Below, piece after piece: positions 16,522 through 29,749 of a stretch of DNA of 64,000 nucleotides. Origin of the DNA: Actinomycetales bacterium (lineage in GTDB: Bacteria; Actinomycetota; Actinomycetes; Actinomycetales; Dermatophilaceae). The stretch's first letter is position 1. Each line of letters opens with the position of its first letter. Made by a program: the position numbers and the translations under genes. The notes beneath the pieces were generated by a model. That model did no database searches, had not been told where the DNA came from, and saw only the letters and a list, made by a program, of their open reading frames with translations. The DNA lies in the NCBI GenBank assembly GCA_038236365.1, contig JBBRZV010000008.1, positions 5,240 through 69,239 of the forward strand, in the 5' to 3' direction.

Positions 16522-17349
16522 ATGGCGAACTACAGCTCCGCTGATATCAAGGCGCTGCGCGAGTCGACCGGCGCGGGCATGATGGACGTCAAGAGGGCCC
16601 TGGACGAAGCAGACGGCGACCACGGCAAAGCTACGGAGATCCTGCGCGTCAAAGGTCTCAAAGGCGTCACCAAGCGCGAAGGCCGTTCGGCCATGAACGG
16701 CCTCGTCGCAGCCAAGGCCGGTAACGGTGTCGGCACCCTGCTCGAGGTCAACTGCGAGACCGACTTTGTCGCCAAGGGAGAGAGGTTCATCGCCCTGGCA
16801 GACCAGGTCCTGGCCCAGGCGGTCACGGTCAGCGCAACGAGCGCCGACGAGCTGCTCGCCAGTGACATGGGCGGCAAGACCGTCAAGGACGTTCTGGACG
16901 AGGCCAACGCGACCATTGGCGAGAAGATCGAGATCCGTCGTGTCGCGCGCCTCGAAGGCGGCCATGTCGTCTCCTATCTGCACAAGACCAGCCCGGACCT
17001 GCCAGCCCAGATCGGGGTCCTCGTGGCTACCGAAGGCGGCGACGAGGTGACGGCTCGCGACATCGCCATGCACATCGCGGCGTTCAGCCCCTCTGTCCTC
17101 TCCCGCGACGAGATCGACGCCGAGACGGTTGCCAACGAGCGTCGCGTCGCTCTGGCCACGGCCAAGGAAGAGGGCAAGCCCGAGGGGGCTCTGTTCAAGA
17201 TCGTCGAGGGCCGGGTCAACGGCTTCTTCAAGGAGAACGTCCTGCTCGAGCAGCCCTTCGCCAAGGACGCCAAGAAGACGGTGGCCAAGGTGCTGGAGGA
17301 GTCCGGTGCGACGGCCAAGGCCTTCGCCCGGTTCCGCGTCGGATCCTGA
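16522..17349 (+). CDS. tsf: Elongation factor Ts
   Basis: Translation begins [27 protein letters not shown]. The ATG at 16522 was verified. Confidence 0.95.
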   Translation: MANYSSADIKALRESTGAGMMDVKRALDEADGDHGKATEILRVKGLKGVTKREGRSAMNGLVAAKAGNGVGTLLEVNCETDFVAKGERFIALADQVLAQAVTVSATSADELLASDMGGKTVKDVLDEANATIGEKIEIRRVARLEGGHVVSYLHKTSPDLPAQIGVLVATEGGDEVTARDIAMHIAAFSPSVLSRDEIDAETVANERRVALATAKEEGKPEGALFKIVEGRVNGFFKENVLLEQPFAKDAKKTVAKVLEESGATAKAFARFRVGS

Positions 17350-17404
17350 TCGGGTTGTGGAAGACTCACGCCAGATACCTCTTGTTCCTGCCCTGGGAGG
17401 CTGC

Positions 17405-18145
17405 ATGACCACGGAAGCCACGCGCCCGACATACAAGCGGGTGCTGCTCAAGCTTTCTGGAGAGTCGTTCGGCGGCGGCAAGGTCGGGCTCGACCCTGAC
17501 GTCGTGCGCGGGATTGCCGCCCAGATTGCCGAAGCGGCCAGCTCGGGAGTCGAGGTGGCCGTGGTCATGGGTGGTGGGAACTTCTTCCGGGGGGCTGAGC
17601 TCCAGGCACGTGGGATGGACCGCTCCCGAGCTGACTACATGGGCATGCTGGGCATCGTCATGAACTGCCTTGCACTGCAGGACTTCCTGGAGAAGGCCGG
17701 CGTCGCGACCCGCGTCCAGACCGCGATCACGATGGGTCAGATCGCCGAGCCCTACATCCCGCTGAGGGCGATTCGGCACCTTGAGAAGGGCCGTGTGGTC
17801 ATCTTCGGTGCCGGCTTCGGCCTGCCGTTCTTCTCCACCGACACCGTTGCCGCCCAGCGGGCGCTCGAGATCCAGTGCGAGGTCGTCCTGCTGAGCAAGA
17901 ACGGGGTGGACGGCGTCTACAGCGCCGACCCGCGAACCGACCCCAGTGCCAAGAAGCTCGACCGCGTCTCCTACGAGCAGGCGCTGCACCAAGGGCTGCG
18001 GGTCGCTGATGCAGCCGCCTTCGCGCTGTGCTCCGAGAACAAGCTGCCGATGGTCGTCTTTGGGATGGGAGGCGACGGCAACATTGCCAGAGCCATCCGG
18101 GGTGAGAAGATCGGCACGCTGGTTACTGCGGACGAGGAGCCCTGA
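17405..18145 (+). CDS. pyrH: UMP kinase
   Basis: Translation begins [20 protein letters not shown], with [11 protein letters not shown] further in. The ATG at 17405 was verified. Confidence 0.95.
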   Translation: MTTEATRPTYKRVLLKLSGESFGGGKVGLDPDVVRGIAAQIAEAASSGVEVAVVMGGGNFFRGAELQARGMDRSRADYMGMLGIVMNCLALQDFLEKAGVATRVQTAITMGQIAEPYIPLRAIRHLEKGRVVIFGAGFGLPFFSTDTVAAQRALEIQCEVVLLSKNGVDGVYSADPRTDPSAKKLDRVSYEQALHQGLRVADAAAFALCSENKLPMVVFGMGGDGNIARAIRGEKIGTLVTADEEP

Positions 18146-18702
18146 TGATCGACACGACCCTGCTCGAGGCCGGAGAGAAGATGGAGAAGGCCATCGAGGT
18201 TGCCAAGGAGGACTTCGCGACGATCCGCACAGGAAGGGCGAACGCGGGGATGTTCAACAAGCTCACCGTTGACTACTACGGGTCACAGACGCCGCTGCAG
18301 CAGCTGGCGTCCTTCCAGACTCCTGATGCCCGCACGATCCTGATCGCCCCCTTCGACAAGTCGTCGATGGCCGAGATCGAGAAGACGCTGCGCGACTCCA
18401 ACCTGGGCATCAACCCGAACAACGACGGGACCGTCATCCGCGTCAACCTCCCACAGCTGACCGAGGAGCGTCGCAAGGAGTACATCAAGCTGGCGCGCGC
18501 CAAAGCCGAGGACGCCAAAGTGTCCATCCGCAACATCCGGCGCAAGGCCAAGGAAGAGATCGACCACCTGGTCAAGGACGGCAAGGTCGGCGAGGACGAG
18601 GGCGCCCGGGCCGAGAAGGAGCTCGAGTCCTCCACCAAGAGGCATGTCGACTACGTGGACGCCAGTCTCAAGGTCAAGGAAGCCGAGCTTCTCGAGGTCT
18701 GA
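18145..18702 (+). CDS. frr: Ribosome recycling factor
   Basis: 185 aa. It contains the typical VDYYGSQTPLQQLA and LNLGINPNNDG motifs. Confidence 0.95.
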   Translation: MIDTTLLEAGEKMEKAIEVAKEDFATIRTGRANAGMFNKLTVDYYGSQTPLQQLASFQTPDARTILIAPFDKSSMAEIEKTLRDSNLGINPNNDGTVIRVNLPQLTEERRKEYIKLARAKAEDAKVSIRNIRRKAKEEIDHLVKDGKVGEDEGARAEKELESSTKRHVDYVDASLKVKEAELLEV

Positions 18703-18723
18703 GGCAGACCACGACACCAACGC

Positions 18724-19599
18724 ATGTCGACACCAACGTCCTCCCGGAGCGAACGGCGCGCTGCGGGCGAAGCCGCCGGGACGAAACAAAGCCGCGTAGG
18801 GCGCAACCTCCCGATGGCGTTCGGCGTTGGCGTGAGCCTTGGCGTGGGCGTCATTGCCAGCCTGGTCTTCCGCAAGGAGGTCTTTCTCGGGGTCGTGGCC
18901 GTCGCCGTCTGTATCGGGGTGTGGGAGCTGCGCGAAGGGCTGGCCCAGGGGAAGATCAACGTCCCACTCGTGCCCACCATCGTCGGTGCGGTCACCATGA
19001 TCACTGCCACGTTCGCCGGCGGTGGCCAGGCGCTCACGGTCTGCTTCGGTCTGACCTGTATCTCCATTCTGCTCTGGCGGATGGCCGACGGCCTGCACGA
19101 TGCGATCCGGGACATCGCCGGGGGAATCTTCGTCGCGGCCTACGTGCCCTTGCTGGCGTCCTTCGCCGTCCTGATGCTGGCGGAGCAGGACGGCGTCAAA
19201 CGCATCTTTGTCTTCATGATCATCACGATCTGCAGCGACGTCGGCGGATTCGCGGTCGGTGTCGTGCTGGGCAGGCATCCGATGGCGCCGTCGGTCAGCC
19301 CCAAGAAGTCGTGGGAGGGCGCCGCCGGTTCGGCAGTGGCCTGCGTGATCGCCGGTGTCGCCACCGTCATGCTCATCCTGGGAGGTCGCTGGTGGGTCGG
19401 CGTCGTCGTCGGCCTTGCCGTCGTGGTTTCTGCCACTGTGGGTGACCTGACCGAGTCGACCATCAAACGCGACCTCGGAATCAAGGACATGGGCAAAATC
19501 CTTCCCGGGCACGGCGGGTTCATGGACCGACTCGACTCACTTCTGTTCTCGGCCCCGGTCGTCTGGGCTCTCCTCTTGGCGTTTGTCCCCGTCGCCTGA
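18724..19599 (+). CDS. cdsA: Phosphatidate cytidylyltransferase
   Basis: A multi-TM protein with a C-terminal SxxKRDxGxKDxGxxxPGHGGxxDRxD signature. Confidence 0.9.
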   Translation: MSTPTSSRSERRAAGEAAGTKQSRVGRNLPMAFGVGVSLGVGVIASLVFRKEVFLGVVAVAVCIGVWELREGLAQGKINVPLVPTIVGAVTMITATFAGGGQALTVCFGLTCISILLWRMADGLHDAIRDIAGGIFVAAYVPLLASFAVLMLAEQDGVKRIFVFMIITICSDVGGFAVGVVLGRHPMAPSVSPKKSWEGAAGSAVACVIAGVATVMLILGGRWWVGVVVGLAVVVSATVGDLTESTIKRDLGIKDMGKILPGHGGFMDRLDSLLFSAPVVWALLLAFVPVA

Positions 19600-19619
19600 C
19601 CCCTGAGAGACTGTGCGCG

Positions 19620-20768
19620 ATGTCCGTAACCCAAAGAAGTGGCCGACCCGAGCCGGGGCAGCTGATGTTCGAGGCTCCTGGACGGGGAAAGCCTCCGCAG
19701 CATCTCGCCGACCTTGACCCTGCAGAGCGCAAGGCCGCCGTCGAAGCGCTGGGGCACAAGGGGTTTCGGGCCAAGCAGCTGTCGACGCACTATTTCGAGC
19801 ACCTGGTCGAGTTGCCCGAGGAGATGAGCGACCTGCCCAAGGCCATTCGCGAGGATCTGGTCTCACGGTTGTTACCCCCGCTGCTGACGACCGTCCGGAC
19901 CGTCGAGGCCGACAGGGGAAGGACGATCAAGTCGGTATGGCGCCTGCATGACGGCGCTCTGGTCGAGAGCGTCCTGATGCGCTATCCGAAGCGGGTCACC
20001 ATCTGCATCTCCAGCCAGGCCGGCTGTGGCATGAACTGCCCGTTCTGTGCCACGGGGCAGGAGGGGCTCACCCGCAACCTGTCGACGGCCGAGATCGTCG
20101 AGCAGGTGGTGCGTGCCGCGCGTTCCCTGAGGTGTGGTGACGTGGCTGGCGGCGCGGAGGGGTCACCGCTGAGGGTCAGCAACGTCGTCTTCATGGGTAT
20201 GGGCGAGGCACTGGCCAACTACAGGGCAGCCATCGGCGCCATCCGACGGATCACCGACCCCTCACCCGACGGGCTGGGGATGTCGGCCCGAGGGATCACC
20301 ATGTCGACCGTGGGCCTGGTCCCGGCCATCGACAAGCTCGCTGCGGAAGGCATCCCGGTCACCTTGGCGCTCTCGCTGCACGCCCCGGACGACGAGCTGC
20401 GCAACGAGCTGGTGCCGATCAACACCCGGTGGTCCATCGACGAGGCGATCGACGCGGCATACCGTTATTTCGAGGTGACCGGTCGTCGGGTGAGCATCGA
20501 GTATGCCCTGATCCGCGACGTCAACGACCAGGGCTGGCGCGCCGACCTGCTGGGCAAGTTGCTCAATGCCCGCGGCCGCGGCTGGGTGCACGTCAACCCG
20601 ATCCCGCTGAACCCGACGCCCGGCTCCAGATGGACAGCTTCGGAGCGAGGTGTCGAGCGCGAGTTCGTTCGGCGGCTGCGCGCCCGGGGCGTCCCGACAA
20701 CGGTCCGCGACACCCGCGGCTCGGACATCGACGGTGCGTGCGGTCAGCTGGCGGCCTCGACTGCCTGA
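19620..20768 (+). CDS. rlmN: 23S rRNA/tRNA A2503/A37 methyltransferase RlmN (radical SAM)
   Basis: Motifs [16 protein letters not shown] and [11 protein letters not shown] are present. Confidence 0.9.
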   Translation: MSVTQRSGRPEPGQLMFEAPGRGKPPQHLADLDPAERKAAVEALGHKGFRAKQLSTHYFEHLVELPEEMSDLPKAIREDLVSRLLPPLLTTVRTVEADRGRTIKSVWRLHDGALVESVLMRYPKRVTICISSQAGCGMNCPFCATGQEGLTRNLSTAEIVEQVVRAARSLRCGDVAGGAEGSPLRVSNVVFMGMGEALANYRAAIGAIRRITDPSPDGLGMSARGITMSTVGLVPAIDKLAAEGIPVTLALSLHAPDDELRNELVPINTRWSIDEAIDAAYRYFEVTGRRVSIEYALIRDVNDQGWRADLLGKLLNARGRGWVHVNPIPLNPTPGSRWTASERGVEREFVRRLRARGVPTTVRDTRGSDIDGACGQLAASTA

Positions 20769-20873
20769 CCCGTTCAACGCCGCCGGAGCCGTTCACCGCA
20801 TGAAGGTGACGGTTCGTCTCACCCCAAGGTGACCGGTGTGGCATACCAGGGCGATGGGGACGAAGATGCCGGT

Positions 20874-22775
<1,902 letters not shown>

Positions 22776-22815
22776 GGTTCAGCCTCGGATCAGGGCAGGT
22801 TCAGACGGCGGTTGC

Positions 22816-24255
22816 TCAGATGTGGTTCTCGGCCTCGGTCAGGACTCCGCGCAGTCGCTGCTCGATATCGTCGAACTCGGGCTGGCCGATGATCAGCGGC
22901 GGCGCGAGCTGGATGACGGGGTCGCCGCGGTCGTCGGCCCGGCAGTAGAGCCCGGCGTCGAACAACGCCTTGGACAGGAACCCGCGTAGCAGGCGCTCGG
23001 ACTCGTCGTCGTCGAAGGTCTCGCGGGTCGCCTTGTCCTTGACCAGCTCGATCCCGTAGAAGTAGCCCTCGCCACGTACATCGCCGACCAGCGGCAGGTC
23101 GAGCAGCTTGTTGAGGGTCGCGCGGAAACCGGGTGCGTTGTCCTTGACGTGCTGGTTGAGGCCCTCACGCTCGAAGATGTCCAGGTTGGCCATCGCGACG
23201 GCAGCTGAGACCGGGTGACCACCGAAAGTGTAGCCGTGGGGGAACATGGTGTGGCCGTGTTTGAAGGGCTCGAAAAGCCGGTCGCTGGCCATCATCGCGC
23301 CGATGGGGGAGTAGCCCGAGGTCATGCCCTTGGCGCAGGTGATGATATCCGGCTGGTAGCCGAAGTCGGTGCTGGCGAACATGCTGCCGATGCGTCCGAA
23401 GGAGCAGATGACCTCGTCGGATACCAGCAGCACGTCGTACTCGTCGCAGATCTCCCGGACCCGCTCGAAATACCCGGGCGGCGGCGGGAAGCATCCACCG
23501 GAGTTCTGCACCGGCTCAAGGAAGACGGCCGCGACGGTGTCGGGGCCCTCGAACTCGATCGCCTCGGCGATCCGGTCGGCGCAGTAGAGGCCGAATGCCT
23601 TGGGGTCGTCGCGAAGGTGCTCCGGCGCGCGATACAGGTTGGTGTTGGGGACTTTGTGGGCTCCGGGGACCAGCGGTTCGAAAGGCTCCTTGGCGAACGG
23701 GATGCCGGTGATGGACAGGGCGCCCTGCGGTGTGCCGTGGTAGGCGATGTTGCGGCTGATCACCTTGTACTTGCCCGGCTTGCCGGTGAGCTTGAAGAAC
23801 TGCTTGGCGAGCTTCCAGGCAGACTCGACCGCTTCGCCGCCACCGGTGGTGAAGAAGACCCGGTTGAGGTCGCCTGGCGCGTCCGCCGCCAGACGTTCGG
23901 CCAGCTCGATGGCAGCAGGGTGCGCGTAGGACCACAGCGGGAAGAAGGCCAGCTCGCGTGCCTGTTTGGCTGCCGCCTCGGCGAGCTCCTCACGGCCGTG
24001 TCCGACCTGTACGACGAAGAGCCCGGCTAGGGCGTCGAGGTACTTTCGCCCCTGGTCATCCCAGATGTACGCGCCCTTGCCCTTGACGATGATGGGGACC
24101 GAAGCGCCAGCGCCGCCGGACTCCTTTGGCTCGTAGGTGGACTGACGCGTGAAGTGCATCCACAGGTGGTCGCGCGCAGCTTCGGCGTATGCCGTGCCGG
24201 CGGGTGTGGTGCCCGGCAGTCGGGTGGCGTTGTTGCTTGTCTCAGTGGTGCTCAT
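22816..24255 (-). CDS. Class-III (omega) aminotransferase; putrescine/GABA-type aminotransferase candidate
   Basis: Motifs FFTTGGGEAVESAWK, DEVICSFGRIG and ITCAKGMTSGY (PLP Lys). The start overlaps the lrp stop. Confidence 0.85.
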   Translation of the reverse strand: MSTTETSNNATRLPGTTPAGTAYAEAARDHLWMHFTRQSTYEPKESGGAGASVPIIVKGKGAYIWDDQGRKYLDALAGLFVVQVGHGREELAEAAAKQARELAFFPLWSYAHPAAIELAERLAADAPGDLNRVFFTTGGGEAVESAWKLAKQFFKLTGKPGKYKVISRNIAYHGTPQGALSITGIPFAKEPFEPLVPGAHKVPNTNLYRAPEHLRDDPKAFGLYCADRIAEAIEFEGPDTVAAVFLEPVQNSGGCFPPPPGYFERVREICDEYDVLLVSDEVICSFGRIGSMFASTDFGYQPDIITCAKGMTSGYSPIGAMMASDRLFEPFKHGHTMFPHGYTFGGHPVSAAVAMANLDIFEREGLNQHVKDNAPGFRATLNKLLDLPLVGDVRGEGYFYGIELVKDKATRETFDDDESERLLRGFLSKALFDAGLYCRADDRGDPVIQLAPPLIIGQPEFDDIEQRLRGVLTEAENHI

Positions 24256-24755
24256 CGTGTACCCCAGTTGTAGTGCTGTTTGTTGAGTTTCAGATAGACG
24301 AACGTCTCAGTGGAGGCCACCCCCGGAAGGGTTCGGATCCGCCGCGACAAGAGGTCGAGCAGCTCGTCGTCGTCCTCGCAGACGACTTCGATGATCAGGT
24401 CGAAACTGCCTGCCGTGGTGACGACGTAGTCCACCTCAGGCATCGCGGTGAGGCGGTCGGCGACCAGGTTCACGTCGCCCTCCGCACGGATCCCGACCAT
24501 GGCCTGGCGGGTGAACCCGATCTGCAACGGATCGGTGACCGCGACGATCTGCATCACCTCGCTGTCCAGCAGGCGTTGAACGCGCGCCCGGACAGCTGCC
24601 TCGGAGAGCCCAACACTCTTGGCGATGGCCGCGTAGGACCGACGCCCGTCGGTCTGCAGGTGCTCGATGATCGACTTTGAGAGATCATCGAGGCCGACGA
24701 CCCGCGCTTTGCGGTCGGCAACGCGGCCGTTGCCGATCTCTCGTCGTGGGCTCAC
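24252..24755 (-). CDS. Lrp/AsnC family transcriptional regulator
   Basis: An HTH region (LDDLSKSIIEHLQTDGRRSYAAIAKSVGLSEAAVRARVQRL) is followed by an AsnC-type ligand domain. The GTG at 24755 is preferred over the ORF-track start. Confidence 0.8.
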   Translation of the reverse strand: MSPRREIGNGRVADRKARVVGLDDLSKSIIEHLQTDGRRSYAAIAKSVGLSEAAVRARVQRLLDSEVMQIVAVTDPLQIGFTRQAMVGIRAEGDVNLVADRLTAMPEVDYVVTTAGSFDLIIEVVCEDDDELLDLLSRRIRTLPGVASTETFVYLKLNKQHYNWGTR

Positions 24756-24930
24756 GTGGTGATCGTGTCTGGTCCCACCCCCTCTTGGCAAGCCCCTACA
24801 CGACGGAAATCGTTGTCGATCGGACAAGTTGACCACGAATTCAGCACTTTCTTTGGGCTATCCCTATGGAAACGGCCCTTCATGTGGTTAGAGTTCGATC
24901 ACCGGAACCCGTCCCGACCAGGAGTGTCTC

Positions 24931-26379
24931 GTGAGCGCAAGCCCCCGCATCCTTCGCAACTTCGTCAACGGCGGGTACGTCGAGCCTGAGAGCGACGCGA
25001 CCTCCGACATCATCAGCCCGGTCACGGCGAAGGTGGTCGCCACGGCGCCGGTGTCGTCCGCCGCAGAGGTGGACCGGGCGTATGCCGCGGCTGCCGCGGC
25101 CTTTGAGGTGTGGGGTGACACCACCCCCAGCCAGCGTCAGCAGGCGTTGCTGAAGTTCGCCGATGCCGTTGAGTCCCGCGCGGATGAGTTCGTGCACCTG
25201 GAGTCGGAGAATACGGGGAAGCCGTTTGCCCTCACGGCAAGCGAAGAGCTACCGCCGATGGTCGACCAGATCCGCTTCTTCGCCGGCGCCGCGCGGGTCC
25301 TGGAGGGACGATCGGCCGGGGAGTACATGAAGGGTCACACCTCGTGGATCCGTCGCGAGCCGATCGGTGTCATCGGCCAGGTCACTCCGTGGAACTACCC
25401 GATGATGATGGCCATCTGGAAGATCGCTCCCGCGCTCGCGGCCGGAAACACCGTTGTCCTCAAGCCCAGCGACACGACACCTGAGACCACGCTGCTCCTG
25501 GCGGAGATAGCCTCCGAGTTCCTCCCCGCTGGCGCGTTCAACGTCGTCACCGGCGACCGCGACACCGGACGCGCGGTCGTGGAGCACAAGACGCCGGCCA
25601 TGGTCTCGATCACCGGCTCGGTCCGCGCCGGTATGCAGGTCGCGGAGAGCGCATCGCACGACGTCAAGCGGGTCCACCTCGAGCTCGGTGGCAAGGCGCC
25701 CGTGGTGGTCTTCGACGACGCGGATCTTGAGGCGGCCGTCGCAGCGATCGCGACCGCGGGCTACTTCAACGCCGGACAGGACTGCACCGCTGCCACTCGT
25801 GTCATCGCCGGGCCGCGGATCTATGACGACTTCGTCGCCAGCCTGGCGCAGTACGCCGGGTCCAGCGCCAAGGTCGGCCTGCCCGACGACGAGGACGCAT
25901 TGTTCGGCCCGGTGAACAACGCCAACCAGCTCGCTCACGTCCAGGGGTTCCTCTCCAGGTTGCCGGACCATGCGACCGTCTCGGCCGGCGGCAGCCGGGT
26001 CAACGGGCTCGGGGACGGCTACTTCTTCGAGCCGACGGTGCTGTCCGGCCTTCGTCAGGACGACGAGGCGATCCAGCGCGAGATCTTCGGCCCGGTCATC
26101 ACCGTGCAGAAGTTCTCGGACGAGGCCGAGGCGCTCGGCTGGGCCAACGGCGTCGAGTACGGACTGGCCAGCAGTGTCTGGACCAAGGACTTCGGCCGGG
26201 CAATGCGGATGTCGAGAAAAATGGACTTCGGCTGTGTTTGGATCAACACCCATATTCCTATCGTTGCCGAGATGCCCCATGGCGGTTTCAAGCACAGCGG
26301 CTACGGCAAGGACCTGTCGATGTACGGCTTCGAGGACTACACCCGCATCAAGCACGTGATGGCCAACATTGACAGCTAA
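24931..26379 (+). CDS. NAD-dependent aldehyde dehydrogenase (gamma-aminobutyraldehyde dehydrogenase candidate)
   Basis: Motifs ELGGKAP and FNAGQDCTAATR (catalytic Cys), and PWNYP. Confidence 0.9.
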   Translation: MSASPRILRNFVNGGYVEPESDATSDIISPVTAKVVATAPVSSAAEVDRAYAAAAAAFEVWGDTTPSQRQQALLKFADAVESRADEFVHLESENTGKPFALTASEELPPMVDQIRFFAGAARVLEGRSAGEYMKGHTSWIRREPIGVIGQVTPWNYPMMMAIWKIAPALAAGNTVVLKPSDTTPETTLLLAEIASEFLPAGAFNVVTGDRDTGRAVVEHKTPAMVSITGSVRAGMQVAESASHDVKRVHLELGGKAPVVVFDDADLEAAVAAIATAGYFNAGQDCTAATRVIAGPRIYDDFVASLAQYAGSSAKVGLPDDEDALFGPVNNANQLAHVQGFLSRLPDHATVSAGGSRVNGLGDGYFFEPTVLSGLRQDDEAIQREIFGPVITVQKFSDEAEALGWANGVEYGLASSVWTKDFGRAMRMSRKMDFGCVWINTHIPIVAEMPHGGFKHSGYGKDLSMYGFEDYTRIKHVMANIDS

Positions 26380-26440
26380 GGCACGTTTTCCCAGGGTTAC
26401 GCGTTTGCCGAGCACTATTAGCACACCAAGGAGCTACTCA

Positions 26441-27661
26441 ATGAGCAATCAGGTTCCCTCGGTCTTCGAGGCGGCACTGGCCCGGGGCCTGGTCTCCCGG
26501 CGCACGGCGATGGCAGGCATGGCCGGCCTGGCCGGTGTTGCGAGCCTTGCGGCCTGCGGCTCGGCAGCCAAGAGCCCCACAGCGGGGGCGACGACGAAGG
26601 GCCTGGTCAAAGCAGCCACGGACCTGTCCGCCACGGAGAAGCTGGTGAACTGGTCGAACTGGCCGTCCTACATGGACGTGAACACGACGACCAAGAACCA
26701 CCCGACGCTGGACGCTTTCACCAAGAAGACCGGGATCAAGGTCAACTACACCGAGGACTACAACGACAACAACGAGTTCTACGCCAAGGTGCGCCCCCTT
26801 CTTGCGGCCGGCGCCGACACCGGCCGCGACGTGTGGGTGAGCACGGACTGGATGGTGGCCAGGCTGATCCGGGAGAACTTCGTCCAGAAGTTCGACCTGG
26901 CCAACATCCCCAACCACGCCAACGTCGAGGATGCCCTTCTCAACGTGCTCTACGACAAGGGCCGGTTGTACTCCCTGCCCTGGCAGAGCGGGTTCACGGG
27001 AATCGCCTGGAACCCCAAGTCCACCGGCGGCAAGAAGATCGAGACCGTCGACCAGCTCCTCACCGATCCCAAGCTCAAGGGCAAGGTCACGTTGCTCACG
27101 GAGATGCACGACACCATCGGCCTCGTCCTGATAGCACTGGGCAAGGACCCTGCCAACTTCACCGATGCGGACTTCGACGCTGCCGTCGCCGAGATCCAGA
27201 AGGCCAAGGACGCCGGCCAGATCAAGGGGTTCACCGGCAACGACTACACCAAGCCGCTGGCCTCTGGCGATACGGCGGCCTGCATGGCGTGGACCGGCGA
27301 CGTCGTCCAGCTCAAGGCGGACAATCCCAGCCTCGGCTATGCCCTGCCGACCGCGGGCTTCATGTACTGGTCGGACAACTTCGTGATCCCCAACCTGGCC
27401 AAGCACAAGAAGAATGCCGAGACGGTGATCAACTACTACTACGATCCTGCTGTCATGGCTCAGGTCGTCGACTACGTCAACTACATCTCGCCGGTCAAGG
27501 GGTCGAAGGCGGTACTGCTGAAGAGCGACCCCCCCGCGGCCGCAAACCCGCTGATCTTCCCCTCGTCTGCAGTCATTGCCAACGCGAAGATCTTCCGCCC
27601 GCTGACTGCCGCCGAGGAGACAAAATACAACCGTAAGTTCCAGGCGATCGTGACGGGGTGA
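26441..27661 (+). CDS. Spermidine/putrescine-type ABC substrate-binding lipoprotein (PotD/PotF-like)
   Basis: ATG at 26441 lies after aaggag. The signal RRTAMAGMAGLAGVASLAAC-G looks like a Tat signal with a lipobox. The rest has PBP-fold length and motifs. Confidence 0.85.
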   Translation: MSNQVPSVFEAALARGLVSRRTAMAGMAGLAGVASLAACGSAAKSPTAGATTKGLVKAATDLSATEKLVNWSNWPSYMDVNTTTKNHPTLDAFTKKTGIKVNYTEDYNDNNEFYAKVRPLLAAGADTGRDVWVSTDWMVARLIRENFVQKFDLANIPNHANVEDALLNVLYDKGRLYSLPWQSGFTGIAWNPKSTGGKKIETVDQLLTDPKLKGKVTLLTEMHDTIGLVLIALGKDPANFTDADFDAAVAEIQKAKDAGQIKGFTGNDYTKPLASGDTAACMAWTGDVVQLKADNPSLGYALPTAGFMYWSDNFVIPNLAKHKKNAETVINYYYDPAVMAQVVDYVNYISPVKGSKAVLLKSDPPAAANPLIFPSSAVIANAKIFRPLTAAEETKYNRKFQAIVTG

Positions 27662-27668
27662 GTGGTCG

Positions 27669-28832
27669 GTGACCGAGAAGACCTCTGGTGACCTGAAGCT
27701 GACCGGGGTCACAAAGCGGTATGAGACATTCACCGCGGTCGACAACCTCGACCTCGTCATTCCGCGCGGCTCGTTCTTCGCATTGTTGGGCCCCTCGGGG
27801 TGTGGCAAGACGACGACGCTGAGAATGGTTGCCGGGCTGGACCAGCCGACCATCGGCCAGATCTGGATCGGCGACCAGGACATCACCGATACCCGGGCCT
27901 ATCAACGCAACGTCAACACGGTGTTCCAGAACTATGCGCTGTTTCCTCACCTCAGCATTCTGGAGAACGTCACCTTCGGTCTGCGTCGTCGCAAGGTCTC
28001 GGACTATAGGGCCCAGGCGATGGAGGCTCTCGAGCTCGTCCAGCTTGCCCACATCGCCAAGAAGAAGCCTCGGCAGCTCTCCGGTGGCATGCAGCAGCGG
28101 GTCGCGTTGGCCCGGGCCATCGTCAACCGGCCGGACGTCCTTCTGCTCGATGAGCCGCTGGGCGCCCTCGACCTGAAGCTCCGCAGGCAGATGCAGATCG
28201 AGCTCAAGCAGATCCAGTCCGAGGTCGGTCTGACCTTCGTCCATGTGACCCACGACCAGGAAGAGGCCATGACCATGGCCGACACCATCGCCGTCATGAA
28301 CGGTGGGCGGCTCGAGCAGGTCGCTGATCCCGCAACGCTCTACGAACGTCCGACGTCGACGTTCGTGGCCAACTTCCTGGGGCAGTCCAACCTGCTGAAG
28401 GCGACAGTGAAAAGCCGGGCCGGAGCCACTGCTCAGCTCGATGTGCACGGCGTGAGCCTGCGTCTCCCGGTTGATCGTCTGAAAGAGACCACCACTGAGC
28501 TATGGCTCGGGGTGCGCCCCGAGAAGCTGCGACTGGTCGGGCCCACCAATGGGGACGGTGCCGACCAGAGCGCGAACCATCACGGCGAACAGAATCGGCT
28601 CAGCGGCGTTGTCGTCGATGCCTCGTTCACGGGGTTGGCGACCAACTACCTGGTCAAGCTTCCGTGGGGCCAGGAGCTGATGGTCGTGCAGCAGAACGAC
28701 GGTGCGCCGTCGGCCGTCAGGGGGACGCAGGTGCACCTGGGCTGGGCTCCGGAGCACGGCTTTGCCCTCAACGCCGCTCAGGATGCGCATGCTGGCGCGC
28801 AGGATCAGGCCGATGACAGCGGAGCCATCTAG
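27669..28832 (+). CDS. potA: Polyamine ABC transporter ATP-binding protein
   Basis: Walker A is GPSGCGKTT, the signature motif is LSGGMQQRVALARA and Walker B is LLLDEP. Confidence 0.9.
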   Translation: MTEKTSGDLKLTGVTKRYETFTAVDNLDLVIPRGSFFALLGPSGCGKTTTLRMVAGLDQPTIGQIWIGDQDITDTRAYQRNVNTVFQNYALFPHLSILENVTFGLRRRKVSDYRAQAMEALELVQLAHIAKKKPRQLSGGMQQRVALARAIVNRPDVLLLDEPLGALDLKLRRQMQIELKQIQSEVGLTFVHVTHDQEEAMTMADTIAVMNGGRLEQVADPATLYERPTSTFVANFLGQSNLLKATVKSRAGATAQLDVHGVSLRLPVDRLKETTTELWLGVRPEKLRLVGPTNGDGADQSANHHGEQNRLSGVVVDASFTGLATNYLVKLPWGQELMVVQQNDGAPSAVRGTQVHLGWAPEHGFALNAAQDAHAGAQDQADDSGAI

Positions 28833-29749
28833 TGGTCGGGCAGCTGGTTGAGGGACCTGTCGTCACCGTGCAGCCCCCACGGCGACCCAGACGCAACTAT
28901 GTGCCCTATCTTCTGCTGCTGCCCGGGCTTGCCTGGCTCCTGGTGTTCTTCGTCGTGCCGATGCTCTCGCTGGCGTCACAGTCACTACAGACCGGCAGCG
29001 TGGAATCGGGCTACGTGCAGACCTGGAACTTCCAGACCTATGTTGACGCGCTGTCGCGGTACTGGCCACACTTCGCGCGGTCGCTGCTGTTTGCAGGCAC
29101 TGCCACGGTGTTCACGCTGATCCTTGCCTATCCGCTGGCGTACTTCATGGCACAAAAGGCGGGCAGGTGGAAGAACATCCTGCTGGTGCTGGTGATCGCG
29201 CCCTTCTTCACCAGCTTCCTGATCCGCACACTGGCCTGGCAGACGATCCTCTCCGACAACGGGCTGGTGACGGGCTTGGCTCGTTCGACCCACTTCACCG
29301 ATCTGTTGCAGCTGATGAACCTGACCAGCAACGACTCGCTCCTGAACTCACGGTTCGCCGTCATCGCCGGTCTGACCTACAACTTCCTCCCGTTCATGAT
29401 CCTGCCGCTCTACGCCAGCCTCGAACGCCTCGACCACAGCCTCATCGAGGCCGCCGGGGATCTTTATGCCACGCCGATCCAGACGTTCTGGAAGGTCACC
29501 TGGCCGCTGTCCCTGCCAGGGGTCGTAGGCGGCACCTTGCTGACCTTCATACCGGCAGCAGGTGACTTCATCAACTCCCGGCTGCTCGGGAACACCCAGA
29601 CCGTCATGATCGGGCAGGTCATCGACTCGCAGTTCCTCCAGGTTCAGGACTATGCGGTGGCGGCCGCCCTGTCCTTCGTGCTGATGGCTGTGATCGTGGT
29701 CATCGTGGCCCTTTACGTCCGGCGTGCCGGCACCGAGGAGCTGGTCTGA
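28832..29749 (+). CDS. potB: Polyamine ABC transporter permease
   Basis: A multi-TM protein with an EAAxDLYATP motif. Confidence 0.85.
   Translation: MVGQLVEGPVVTVQPPRRPRRNYVPYLLLLPGLAWLLVFFVVPMLSLASQSLQTGSVESGYVQTWNFQTYVDALSRYWPHFARSLLFAGTATVFTLILAYPLAYFMAQKAGRWKNILLVLVIAPFFTSFLIRTLAWQTILSDNGLVTGLARSTHFTDLLQLMNLTSNDSLLNSRFAVIAGLTYNFLPFMILPLYASLERLDHSLIEAAGDLYATPIQTFWKVTWPLSLPGVVGGTLLTFIPAAGDFINSRLLGNTQTVMIGQVIDSQFLQVQDYAVAAALSFVLMAVIVVIVALYVRRAGTEELV

Noticed and set aside
16501-17568. 355-aa minus-strand ORF antisense to tsf/pyrH
   Set aside because: It is a shadow frame opposite two well-supported housekeeping genes.
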